Below, piece after piece: positions 1-8,889 of a stretch of DNA of 64,000 nt. Under the pieces are notes generated by a model. It had not been told where the DNA came from and did not search any database. It saw nothing but the letters and a program-made list of their open reading frames with translations. The translations under genes and the position numbers were made by a program. Within the stretch, counting starts at the first letter, position 1. Each line of letters begins with the position of its first letter. The stretch is from Acidobacteriota bacterium (lineage in GTDB: Bacteria > Acidobacteriota > UBA6911 > RPQK01 > JAJDTT01), in NCBI GenBank assembly GCA_965217775.1, contig CBDCJH010000002.1:3968001-4032000 (forward strand), given 5' to 3'.

Positions 1-587
1 TCCGTGTCGACGGCGAAGTGAACGAGGGTCCGCCGCTTGAACTCGAAGATCGGATCCCGGGGGTCGCGGTCGCGCCGGTACTGGCGCATGGCGTCTTCCA
101 CCGTCTGTCCGGTCAGTGGATTCTTGAGCTCCACGGTAGCGACGGGGATGCCGTTCAGGCTCAGCGTGACGTCGAGTGATTTTTCCGATCGGGTTGAGTA
201 GTGGAGCTGGCGCGTGACACCAAGCCGGTTGGCGGCGTAACAAGCCTCAAGCTGGGGATTCAGCCCATGGGCCGCCTTGAAGAAAGCCACGCGCAACGTG
301 CGCCCGTAGCACTTGAAGCCGTGACGTAGCGTCGCGAGCGATCCATTCGCATCCATCCACTTGCACAGGTCGCCGAGCACTTGCACGGCGGTCCGGTCGC
401 CAAGGAGCGCCTCGAGCCTTGACCATTCCTTGGGCTGGGTCTCCTGGATGAAGGCCAGGACGATCTCCGGAAAGATCGCGCGCTCGCGGTCGAAACCCTC
501 CGACAGGACGGGCTTGTAGCCGTGATTGAGCAGGTGTGTCTCGATGACGGCCTCGAAGGCGGCTTCGGTGTGACTCTTGTGGCTCAT
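1..587 (-). CDS. hsdR: Type I restriction enzyme R subunit, N-terminal part (runs off the window edge)
   Basis: Manual translation from ATG 587: MSHKSHTEAAFEAVIETHLL...LATLRHGFKCYG...VTRQLHYS...LDVTLSLNGIPVATVELKNPLTGQ...RTLVHFAVDT, the HsdR_N D..ELK nuclease motif. ATGA overlap with the HNH gene stop. Confidence 0.93.
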   Translation of the reverse strand, partial: MSHKSHTEAAFEAVIETHLLNHGYKPVLSEGFDRERAIFPEIVLAFIQETQPKEWSRLEALLGDRTAVQVLGDLCKWMDANGSLATLRHGFKCYGRTLRVAFFKAAHGLNPQLEACYAANRLGVTRQLHYSTRSEKSLDVTLSLNGIPVATVELKNPLTGQTVEDAMRQYRRDRDPRDPIFEFKRRTLVHFAVDT

Positions 588-1234
588 GCCGAGAGTTCCT
601 CGAGTCGTTCATCAAGCCACCAGACGGCAACCTGACAATACGGGTTGAGCGCACCCGTCCCGGCGACGATTCGATCTCGCTCTCTCTTGAAGCGCGAGCG
701 AGGAACCCGGCCTCGGAGTCGTGCTCTCTCAAGGCGCCACCACTTGAGGATGGCATCGAGCAATCGTTTCCGGTTGTTCTTCAAGAACGGGAGATTGAGG
801 TTCAAAACCTGGTCGATCTGTGAATCAAACACCTGCTCGCCGGAGCGGATGCGGCCGTCCGCCTCATAGCGAACTCGCGTGTCGATGTGATGGTCTGGAT
901 CCGCCGGGTTCCACAGAAGATCCTGGTCACCCTTGCGCGTGTCGCAGTGCTGGAGGTGCGGCGGATGTCCTTTCCCGCCGCAGCACGCGCCGAGGAGGTT
1001 CCGGTACGCAAGCTGTTCGCCGGCGTAATGGCGCTGACAATGCCAATGCTCGATCTTCATGGCCGTGCGATCATCGCCTATCCGGCCCATGCAGTAGCAA
1101 CAGATCTCGCGTTGCTCGGTTACGAGCGCATGGCGGAGGACATCCTTGTCAGCGTAGTTGTCGTAGTCGCAGTACGGCGTCTTGCGATGCACCGTCAGGC
1201 TCCGCGGCTCGGAGCCTTTGACGATTGTCCTCAA
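584..1234 (-). CDS. HNH endonuclease, TIGR02646/PtuB-like
   Basis: EQREICCYC...IEHW...NLLGAC...HCDTRKGD...LNLN motifs; directly downstream of an ABC ATPase. Confidence 0.85.
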   Translation of the reverse strand: MRTIVKGSEPRSLTVHRKTPYCDYDNYADKDVLRHALVTEQREICCYCMGRIGDDRTAMKIEHWHCQRHYAGEQLAYRNLLGACCGGKGHPPHLQHCDTRKGDQDLLWNPADPDHHIDTRVRYEADGRIRSGEQVFDSQIDQVLNLNLPFLKNNRKRLLDAILKWWRLERARLRGRVPRSRFKRERDRIVAGTGALNPYCQVAVWWLDERLEELSA

Positions 1235-2547
1235 TCCTTGCCCTCCACGAAGTCAAGCAAGGTCCGCAGGTACGTCACCTCAGGGTCACTCTCCCCGAGG
1301 TGATCGACGAGCTTTTCCAGCAGATCACGGCTGCAATCGAACTGCCGAGCACTGATGGCCTGCGAAATGTCCTTAATCAGGTGCTGTACTTCCTTCGCGC
1401 GCGGGTCCGCGTCCATAATCTCCTCCAACACCCGGCTCGAATCGACGCCGAAGGAGTGCGGTGGCGGGTAGACTTGGCCAGGCGAGATGATCTGGATCCG
1501 CTCGTGCGGCACTTCCCCGATGACCTGGGGCGAGTGGGTCGTCGCGATGAACTGGCAACGAGGAAAAGCGGCCGTCAGATTGTGGACGATCTGCCTCTGC
1601 CACTTGGGATGTAGATGCAGGTCAATCTCATCGATTAAGACCGTTGCCCTGCCTTCTGCGAGTGGATCAGTGAGGTGGGGATTCGCTTGCGAAAGTCTTC
1701 GCGCAAGGTCAAGGGCGATAGACAAGATGCCACGTTCCCCATCTGACAATTGTCGTACATCAAGCGTGTCCCCAGCCTTTGTCACGAACAGCGCTGGGTT
1801 GGGCCCCTCACCTGTGCGAAGATTGCTGCATTCGGGGAGGAATCGAGCAGCCGCGGTTTCCAACGCCGCAATATGCCCCTCCGAAGCATCGTTTTCCGAT
1901 GAGAGCGCCACTTGAGCCCGCATCCAGTCGACGAACTGATCAATCTTCCATGAACGCGCAACAAGGGCGTCCGCGTAAGCTGCGGCCCGTCCTCCAGCAG
2001 CCCTTCCCTTGGAACGCCCGACAGCCAAGACTGATCGGTTCGTCGAATAGAAGACCGAAAGCGCAGGTACTGAGAGCGCTTCTGCTGCCCGGCGAAGCTC
2101 TACCTTCGAGGGTATGTACAAGTCTGAGTCAGTTAGGCCCTGCGAGCGTTCCAACTCGCGGAGAAGATTGCGAGCTCGAGCTCGCAGCCGTTCCGTTTCG
2201 AGAATTTCTCTGCGAAGTCGTTCAAGATTCTCCAGAGGCTCCGCCGCAATCTTCTGTCTCCACACGAGCCGGGTGAAGCGAAACTCTTGCTCGCCGACAC
2301 CGAAGTGCATCGTAGAATCCAAGAAGGGAAAGCCAACTCGGATGTCACCAATTTCGAACGACATTGCCTTTGCACGAGACGGGGTAATCGCGGGCAACAC
2401 CCGTGACAGACAAACTCGCAGAGCGTCGAGCACGCTCGTCTTGCCGACGCCGTTCACCCCGACGATTAGATTCACGCCCGGCCGAAACCGAAACTCTGCC
2501 GTCTTGATCGCGCGCATGTGAGCAAGCATGAGGCGGGTAACGATCAT
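1231..2547 (-). CDS. ABC/AAA_21-type ATPase, PtuA-like
   Basis: Walker A GVNGVGKT, signature LSDGE, Walker B VLIDEIDLHLHP, H-loop TTHSP. Likely start MIVTRL at 2547 (ATGA overlap with the hsdS stop). Confidence 0.88.
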   Translation of the reverse strand: MIVTRLMLAHMRAIKTAEFRFRPGVNLIVGVNGVGKTSVLDALRVCLSRVLPAITPSRAKAMSFEIGDIRVGFPFLDSTMHFGVGEQEFRFTRLVWRQKIAAEPLENLERLRREILETERLRARARNLLRELERSQGLTDSDLYIPSKVELRRAAEALSVPALSVFYSTNRSVLAVGRSKGRAAGGRAAAYADALVARSWKIDQFVDWMRAQVALSSENDASEGHIAALETAAARFLPECSNLRTGEGPNPALFVTKAGDTLDVRQLSDGERGILSIALDLARRLSQANPHLTDPLAEGRATVLIDEIDLHLHPKWQRQIVHNLTAAFPRCQFIATTHSPQVIGEVPHERIQIISPGQVYPPPHSFGVDSSRVLEEIMDADPRAKEVQHLIKDISQAISARQFDCSRDLLEKLVDHLGESDPEVTYLRTLLDFVEGKD

Positions 2548-3830
2548 TCGGCCGTCTCCACATCGATCTGGCCAGCAATGGCCGAAGCAATAAGCGCACC
2601 GCGACGTTCCTTGAGAAGCTTGACAGTGCATTCGGTCTCGGAGGAAACGGCGTCAATCTTACGAATACCCTTCTGTACCGCACCCACGATAGCCAATTGC
2701 TCCGCTTGAGGAGGTCGAAGTAAAGGCATTTCCATCAAATTGGTCACAGATATGGAGGCCAGATTCGTTGATTGCTTGGACCGACTCTCGAAATAAGCCT
2801 TCGCGTGATCACTAGTTATCCATTGAGCGAGCCAATCTGAAGAGATATCTCTCGCGCGAACAGCGAACACATGGTTCTGATGCAAGCAAGGATCGATCTC
2901 TCCGGTCCAGATAGCGCCGCGCCCCAACTTGTCGGCATCACCTCCTTCATTCATCAAGACATCGCCGGCACGTAGCAAGTATGAGCCTGCTTCCTGTTCC
3001 GGAATTGCAACGGCCTTCAAATCCGAAAGGTCCAAGAAGCCATCTTGGACGTTTGCCACTCGCAGATAGGGGTACTTCATCACTGTTCGCGACCGGTACT
3101 TTTTCCCAAGGGCAAGACCTGTTTGCACTGTGCCTACGAACTTGAGACGAGTCACCTCCCAATGCGAAGGAATTTCTCCCAGCCACGGGATGCCGGAGTG
3201 ACGGCGAGAGACGTTCAGATCGATGCTTCGGGTGACAGTCCGGCTGACCAGCGACCGGCGCTTCTCGGCAAGTAGCCCGATCACTCGCTCCTTCTCCCCG
3301 ATCAACGCATCGATCCACGATGTCTCACGGTCCAGGTAGTCGGCAATAGCACGTTGTTGCGTCAGGGGGGGGACACGTACGGAGTAATCCCGTATGTAAG
3401 CCTCGGGGACCCGCTGTTGGCCCGCTGTCCCGGTCATGCGTGCTTCACCACGGAGTCGGAAACGTGGATCAACGGTCACGTAGTATAGAAATCTACCGTC
3501 AAGCTCGGTGCTCGGCCTAAGAACGTGTAACTCTGTTGTTCCAAAACCAACTCCGTTCTTCGTACCGACTATCAATGCACCCTTACCGTTCTCGAAACAC
3601 GGAGTAATCTTCGCGACCACGACATCGCCGTCAAAGAACTGCGAGTATCCGGACTTGACATCTTCGAGACGGATAGTCGTTGCCAAGTCAAGCTGTCCCT
3701 GTTCGCCGATGGCTTCCATCGGGAGAAATGAGATCTCGGAGCGGCTGCTCAGCGAGGCGCCTTTATATTGTCTCCTCAAGGTTAGGAAGCGAAGTCGCTT
3801 TCTGGGCCACTCTCCAGTGCAGGCGGTCAC
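2544..3830 (-). CDS. hsdS: Type I R-M specificity subunit
   Basis: Two TRDs separated by conserved regions PPLTQQRAIADYLDRET and SGIPWLGEIPSHWEV; C-terminal LLKERRGALIASAIAGQIDV. GTGA overlap with the hsdM stop. Confidence 0.93.
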   Translation of the reverse strand: MTACTGEWPRKRLRFLTLRRQYKGASLSSRSEISFLPMEAIGEQGQLDLATTIRLEDVKSGYSQFFDGDVVVAKITPCFENGKGALIVGTKNGVGFGTTELHVLRPSTELDGRFLYYVTVDPRFRLRGEARMTGTAGQQRVPEAYIRDYSVRVPPLTQQRAIADYLDRETSWIDALIGEKERVIGLLAEKRRSLVSRTVTRSIDLNVSRRHSGIPWLGEIPSHWEVTRLKFVGTVQTGLALGKKYRSRTVMKYPYLRVANVQDGFLDLSDLKAVAIPEQEAGSYLLRAGDVLMNEGGDADKLGRGAIWTGEIDPCLHQNHVFAVRARDISSDWLAQWITSDHAKAYFESRSKQSTNLASISVTNLMEMPLLRPPQAEQLAIVGAVQKGIRKIDAVSSETECTVKLLKERRGALIASAIAGQIDVETAE

Positions 3831-5824
3831 CCCATCACCTCCCGAAGCAGCCGCAGGATTCTCTCCTCCGCCTGCTTCAGATCCGCGTCGATCTCCTCCA
3901 GCGGACGAGGCGGTGTGTACTTGTAGAAGTGCCGATTGAAGTTGATCTCGTAGCCGACCTTGTCCTTGCGGCGGTCCATCCAGGCGTCGGGCACGTGTGG
4001 CCTCACCTCACACTCGAAGTACGCTTCGATGTCCTCCTTGAGCGGCACGTTCTCGAAGTCGCGCAGGGCAGCGTCGGGCTCGTAGCCCTTGTGCCGGCCA
4101 CCCTTCGCCACAGGCTCCGCCACGGGATCCTTCTGCGTGAAGACATCGCGGAACAGCTTCTGCTCGGGCTTCTTCCACTTCGACTCCTGCTCGCGCAGCA
4201 GGTCCTGGATTCGCTCCCAGAGCACGTTCCAGTCGCGTCGTAGCCCGCGCCCGATCGCCTTGTCGATGTCTTGGACATCGTCGAGCAGGTGAGGGCACGC
4301 GTCCAGGAATCGCGCCTTGTCCTCGATGGTCATCTGGTAGCGCAGGCGTAGCGGGCGCTCGACGGTAACGCGGGTGTAGCCGAAATCGGCGTTGTCGAAG
4401 ATCTTCGAGTGGTTTCCGTCCTCGAAGCGGCCGTAGAGCTTGACGATCTGGGCGATCTGCCGCGCGGTGAGATGGCGGCGTTTGTCGCCGAGGCTGCGCC
4501 TGCTCTCCTTGCTTCCCCCGGGCGTCCATACATCGCGCGCGTCGAGGAGTTGGATCTTGCCCTTCCGCCGCTTCTCTTTGCGGTTGGTGACGATCCAGAC
4601 GTAGGTGCCGATGCCGGTGTTGTAGAACATCTGCCCGGGCAGGGCGATGATCGCCTCGAGCCAATCGTTTTCGATGATCCACTGGCGGATCTTGCTCTCG
4701 CCGGACCCCGCGCGCCCGGTGAAGAGCGGGGAACCGGACAACACGATGGCCAGACGCGACCCATACTTGTGCTCGATCGGACGGACGGGCTCAAACTTGG
4801 CGATCATGTGCTGCAAAAACAGCAGCGAGCCGTCGTTCACTCGAGGTAGTCCCGCACCAAAACGGCCCATGAATCCGCGCCTTTGGTGCTCCTCCCGAAT
4901 CTCGTTCTTCTGCTTCTTCCAGTCCACGCCGAAGGGGGGATTGGTGATGAAGTAGTCGAAGGTCTTGCCCTCGAACCGATCCTCGGTGAAGCTGTCGCCG
5001 AAGCGGATGTTACCGCTGCCGCCGTTGTGGTCCACCTGTTTCATCAACATGTCCGACGCCGCGGTGGCGAAGGCGCGCTTGTTGTAGTCCTGCCCGAAGA
5101 CGAATAGGCGTGCGGCGGCGTGGTGCTGGCGCAGGTAGTTCTGGGCCTCGGCCAGCATTCCACCAGTGCCGCAGGCGGGGTCCAGGAGCGTGCGCACGGC
5201 ACCGGGTGTCGCGAGCAGCTTGTCGTCCTCGATGAAGAGGATGCTCACCATGAGCCGGATCACCTCCCGCGGGGTGAAGTGGTCCCCTGCGGTCTCGTTG
5301 GCCAGCTCGTTGAAGCGCCGAATGATGTTCTCGAAGATCAGTCCCATCTGCTCGTTCGGGACTTGCTTCGGGTGTAGGTCCATGTCGGAGAACCTCGATA
5401 CAACGAGATAGAGGATGTTTGCTTCGTGCATTTTCTCGATCTCGGGTTCGAACTCGAAGTACTCGAAGATTCGGCGCACGTTGGCCGAAAAGCCCCGGAT
5501 ATAGCTGCCCAGATGCCGGTCGATGTGGTATGGGTCACCCCTCAGCTTCTGGAAGTCGAGGTCGGAGTGATTGTGGAAGGACTGAGCGGCCGCAACGTTC
5601 AGCCGCGCGTCCAAGGCCTGACCGACAAGCCTTTGTCCCCACCTCCTTTGTTCTGCCAGCACCTTGGACTTCGTCCGCGCAAGCACGCAGTCGAAGCGCC
5701 GCAATACGGTCATGGGCAACATGACACGCTCGTACTGCGGCGGACGGTAGGGCCCGCGCAGCAGGTCCGCGATACTCCAGATCAGGTTCGCGAAGTAGTT
5801 GTGATCAGGCATTGGTCCGCTCAT
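3827..5824 (-). CDS. hsdM: Type I R-M N6-adenine methyltransferase
   Basis: IWSIADLLRG N-terminus, GDHFTPREV, DPACGTGG (SAM binding), NPPF catalytic motif, C-terminal VGYEINFNRHFYKY. Confidence 0.96.
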   Translation of the reverse strand: MSGPMPDHNYFANLIWSIADLLRGPYRPPQYERVMLPMTVLRRFDCVLARTKSKVLAEQRRWGQRLVGQALDARLNVAAAQSFHNHSDLDFQKLRGDPYHIDRHLGSYIRGFSANVRRIFEYFEFEPEIEKMHEANILYLVVSRFSDMDLHPKQVPNEQMGLIFENIIRRFNELANETAGDHFTPREVIRLMVSILFIEDDKLLATPGAVRTLLDPACGTGGMLAEAQNYLRQHHAAARLFVFGQDYNKRAFATAASDMLMKQVDHNGGSGNIRFGDSFTEDRFEGKTFDYFITNPPFGVDWKKQKNEIREEHQRRGFMGRFGAGLPRVNDGSLLFLQHMIAKFEPVRPIEHKYGSRLAIVLSGSPLFTGRAGSGESKIRQWIIENDWLEAIIALPGQMFYNTGIGTYVWIVTNRKEKRRKGKIQLLDARDVWTPGGSKESRRSLGDKRRHLTARQIAQIVKLYGRFEDGNHSKIFDNADFGYTRVTVERPLRLRYQMTIEDKARFLDACPHLLDDVQDIDKAIGRGLRRDWNVLWERIQDLLREQESKWKKPEQKLFRDVFTQKDPVAEPVAKGGRHKGYEPDAALRDFENVPLKEDIEAYFECEVRPHVPDAWMDRRKDKVGYEINFNRHFYKYTPPRPLEEIDADLKQAEERILRLLREVMG

Positions 5825-5998
5825 TTCACATCATCACCGCCTGCTCTTCTCGCGCGACGGTCCGCCGTTCAGAATTGTACCGCGAATAGAAACCCGGGAA
5901 CTCCCGCGCATGCGCATCGGCCTCGCGGTCCACGAACCGGACCTCCTCACCGTTCGACATGAAAACGAAAGGAACAAAGAGGACGCCACATATTTACA

Positions 5999-6348
5999 TC
6001 AGCATGCCTCCAGGACCTGCCGCGGGCTTCGCTCCGGGGACGCGAAGGGATCGACCACCCGTAGGCCGTCGAGCAAGTTGCCCGTCCTGCAAGTGCTCCG
6101 TCAGGAGAACAGCGCATTCGGCCGCCTGCGCGGTGGCGACGATGAGCGCGTCCCACCAGGAGAGGCGAAAGCGTTCCTCGAGGATCTACACTCGCCGGAG
6201 GATGGCAGGATCGATCTGGACGGGTTCCCAGACTGAGAGGGCTTCGACGATCTGGCGGGCCTCCGCAGGATCGAAGTTGAGGCGCCGGGTCAGAGGCATC
6301 GTGCCGGTAGACGAAGACGTTGGTGTCAACGAAGTCCGGGCCGGTCAT
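5999..6348 (-). pseudogene. PIN-domain (VapC-like) toxin pseudogene
   Basis: Starts FVDTNVFVY..DASDP, then switches frame to LTRRL...V*ILEERFRLSWWDALIVATAQAAECAVLLTEHLQDGQ. Internal TAG at 6186-6188, a further frameshift, and the central segment is missing. Confidence 0.8.
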
Positions 6349-6568
6349 ACAACTCCTCGCGCGTCGGCTTGCGGCCCTCGGGCCATTCGATCTTGCCCGG
6401 TTTCATCACTAAGTAGCGTTTCATCGCCATCTGGCAGTCGTCTTCCCGGCACCGCATCCGCTCCAACAAGTCGGCGATCCATCGGGAGATGCTACGGGCG
6501 TCTTCGGCCGCTTTGACCCGCAGCCACCGGACCAAGTCCTCCGGCAGAATGATCGTCACGTTCTTCAT
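6326..6568 (-). CDS. CopG/RHH-like antitoxin
   Basis: MKNVTIILPEDLVRWLRVKAAE...SISRWIADLL and C-terminal PTREELYDR; overlaps the start of the PIN gene. Confidence 0.75.
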   Translation of the reverse strand: MKNVTIILPEDLVRWLRVKAAEDARSISRWIADLLERMRCREDDCQMAMKRYLVMKPGKIEWPEGRKPTREELYDRPGLR

Positions 6569-6595
6569 GGCAAGAAGTCCGAAACGAAAGGCACA

Positions 6596-6658
6596 AGAAT
6601 AACGCTCCGGCACGCCCGCCGCCCAGAGAAGAACATGCGTGTCGAGAAGGAAACTCGC
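6596..6658 (-). pseudogene. N-terminal fragment (~20 codons) of a second PIN toxin
   Basis: (GCG)SFLLDTHVLLWAAGVPERYS matches the LLDTHxxLW VapC start; similarity is lost after this. Confidence 0.65.
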
Positions 6659-6900
6659 CCAGGGCGCTCGAAAGGTGCCTCGATCTCGGCTGATCCCATG
6701 CGGTCAAACTCCTCCGGCAGCGAGATTTCGTGGGCCAGGAATCCGAGTCGGCCCGCCTCGGCGGGTTCCGGAACGTCCACCGCGATGACTTTGACCATCG
6801 GTTTTCCCGCATGCGCAATGATGAACGGCTCGCCATTGGCGGTGACCCGGACAAGGCGCGAGAGATGCGTCTTGGCTTCGTGCATGTTGACGGTGCGCAG
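6655..6900 (-). pseudogene. Phd/YefM-family antitoxin, start and stop codons apparently mutated
   Basis: (CTG)RTVNMHEAKTHLSRLV...GEPFIIAHAGKPMVKV...RLGFL...PEEFD. The expected TGA reads CGA at 6657-6655. Confidence 0.75.
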
Positions 6901-7030
6901 GGCAACACCCCTTCCCTTGTCGAACTTGGTCCAAATAATTTAGTTCGAGTGTGACGGCTCTGCGAGTCCAGCGATTCCGTTTCGGAAGGCGAGTGCGAGC
7001 AAGCAAACCGGGACTGTCCCCATCTTTCGC

Positions 7031-7139
7031 CGTTTACGGTCGAAGCCCTCTACCGAGACGACGTGAAGCTATGATTCAGCAGGTGCGCCTCGATGACTGT
7101 CTCGAAGGCGGCTTCGCCAGTCCTCTTCATGATGTTCAT
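7031..7139 (-). pseudogene. Relic 5' end of a second hsdR
   Basis: MNIMKRTGEAAFETVIEAHLLNH, then frameshifted EGFDR; aligns with HsdR at 587 (TEAAFEAVIETHLLNH...EGFDR). Confidence 0.75.
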
Positions 7140-7354
7140 TCAAATCTCGAACGAGGCAGGCCAGACTGGCGGATTATCGACATCAACGTGCCGACACGCA
7201 CCTCTAAATGATCGGGCTCCGGGACTGTGACCGTACCGTCGGCGCCGGTCTCTTGCATTGCCACGTGGCTGCCACGCCTTCTAACCTTCACGAAACCAAA
7301 TGACTCGAGGATCCGGCAGACTTCCCGGCCCGAAAGAACGCGGAGCCTACCCAA
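7136..7354 (-). CDS. hicA: HicA-family toxin
   Basis: LSGREVCRILESFGF..VRRRGSH...VTVP..H...GTLMSIIRQSG. Confidence 0.88.
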   Translation of the reverse strand: MGRLRVLSGREVCRILESFGFVKVRRRGSHVAMQETGADGTVTVPEPDHLEVRVGTLMSIIRQSGLPRSRFE

Positions 7355-7568
7355 CGGCGACCTCGACGCGGGTTACGTAGACTTCCCCACGCAGGCGCTT
7401 GGCGATTTCCCCGGCAGAGGCGGTCTCGAAAAACAGAGTCAGCGCTTCGGCGAGGTTGTCGCGTGCTTCGGACACGGTGTCGCCTTGGCTGACGACATCC
7501 ACTTCCGGGCACAGGGCAACGTATCCATCTCCTTCGCGTTCGATGATCGCAGTCAACTGCCTGTTCAT
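7347..7568 (-). CDS. hicB: HicB-family antitoxin (short form)
   Basis: MNRQLTAIIEREGDGYVALCPEVDVVSQGDTVSEARDNLAEAL; GGAG upstream of ATG 7568. Confidence 0.88.
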   Translation of the reverse strand: MNRQLTAIIEREGDGYVALCPEVDVVSQGDTVSEARDNLAEALTLFFETASAGEIAKRLRGEVYVTRVEVAVG

Positions 7569-7783
7569 GGTGTGTCTCCAATTCTGCACGTAACCTAACT
7601 GACGTCCGGCTCGCGGAACTAGACTATCATCAGCATCAAATTCGAGGGCCATTAACAAGCAATTCGCGCGGCAGGCGCCACGGGAGGCATATGGGGAGTC
7701 CGTCATCGAGGAGAAACGGTGCCCGCCGCCGGGCGCCGTGGCCCGAATGGACAGTCTCCGGGCCGGGAAGTAGAATTCCGGCC

Positions 7784-8863
7784 ATGTCACGCCTGACTTC
7801 CATCGTTGCGATTTTTCTGGCCCTTGGGACCATGCTCCCGGGCCAATCCGAAACCCGGCGCTACCTCTATATGAGCACGCCGGACGGAGCTCAGGTGGAG
7901 GGCCGATCGGGAACCGGAATCCTCATCTTCGATATCGACGACGGCCACAAGTTCGTCCGGAGGATCCACATCCCCATTTTCCAGGAAGGACTTCGAGGCT
8001 TCACGGGGAGCCTGATCAACCACGCCGTCTACTACTCCACGACCAACCACCGCCTGGGCGCCTTCGACCTGGAGGCGGAGAAGATCCTGTGGGAGAACAC
8101 CTTCGCGCCGGGATGCTGCGATCGCTCCTCCATCACCATGGACGGCAAGAAAATCTACGCGCCCACCGGATTCTGGTACACGGACGACGACGCCGGCTTC
8201 GTCGTGGTCAATGCCCAGAACGGAGAATTCATCAAGCGGATCGCCGTGGGCCCCAACGCCCACAACAGCATCGTGAGCCTGGACGGGCGGCATGTCTTCC
8301 TGGGAACCCGGACCATGCTGACCATGTTCGACACCCGGGACGACAGCATCGTCCGCCAGATCCCCGACGTGGGCGAATACATGATTTTTCCGTACACCGT
8401 CACGCGCGACCACAGCCTGGCCTTCGTCTGCCTGGGGAAACACGTGGGGTTCGACGTGGTCGATCTGAAACAGGGCAAACTCCTGCACCGGGTCTTCGCC
8501 GGCGCGGAGAAAATTCGTCATCGGACCCACGGCGCCGGCCTGACGCCCGACCACAAGGAACTGTGGATCAGCGACCAGGCGGGCCGAAAGCTCTTCTACT
8601 TCGACGCCACCCGGATGCCGCCCCGGGAGATGGGCCACGTGAATCTTTCCATCGGAGGCCATGGCTGGGTCACCTTCAGCCTGGACGGCAAGTACGTCTA
8701 CTCCCACGCGCCCGACATCTTCGACGCCAGGACCAAGAAGCGTGTCGGCATCTTCCGCGATGAAGAGGGCCGCCCCTTCGCCAGCTCCAAGTTCATCGAG
8801 GTGCATTTCCGGGACGGCAAGGTCGTCACCATGGGGAACGAGTTCGGACTCGGCCGTCATTGA
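7784..8863 (+). CDS. Secreted YncE/YVTN-like beta-propeller protein
   Basis: Signal peptide MSRLTSIVAIFLALG; repeated blade motifs (SLDGR, TPDHKELW, SLDGKYVY). Confidence 0.7.
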   Translation: MSRLTSIVAIFLALGTMLPGQSETRRYLYMSTPDGAQVEGRSGTGILIFDIDDGHKFVRRIHIPIFQEGLRGFTGSLINHAVYYSTTNHRLGAFDLEAEKILWENTFAPGCCDRSSITMDGKKIYAPTGFWYTDDDAGFVVVNAQNGEFIKRIAVGPNAHNSIVSLDGRHVFLGTRTMLTMFDTRDDSIVRQIPDVGEYMIFPYTVTRDHSLAFVCLGKHVGFDVVDLKQGKLLHRVFAGAEKIRHRTHGAGLTPDHKELWISDQAGRKLFYFDATRMPPREMGHVNLSIGGHGWVTFSLDGKYVYSHAPDIFDARTKKRVGIFRDEEGRPFASSKFIEVHFRDGKVVTMGNEFGLGRH

Positions 8864-8889
8864 TCCGCATTGCTCACCGGAGGTCCATC

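Noticed and set aside
7010-7020. GGGACTGTCCC palindrome near the end of the hsdR relic
   Set aside because: Only 11 bp and a single copy noticed; cannot support a REP or breakpoint role.
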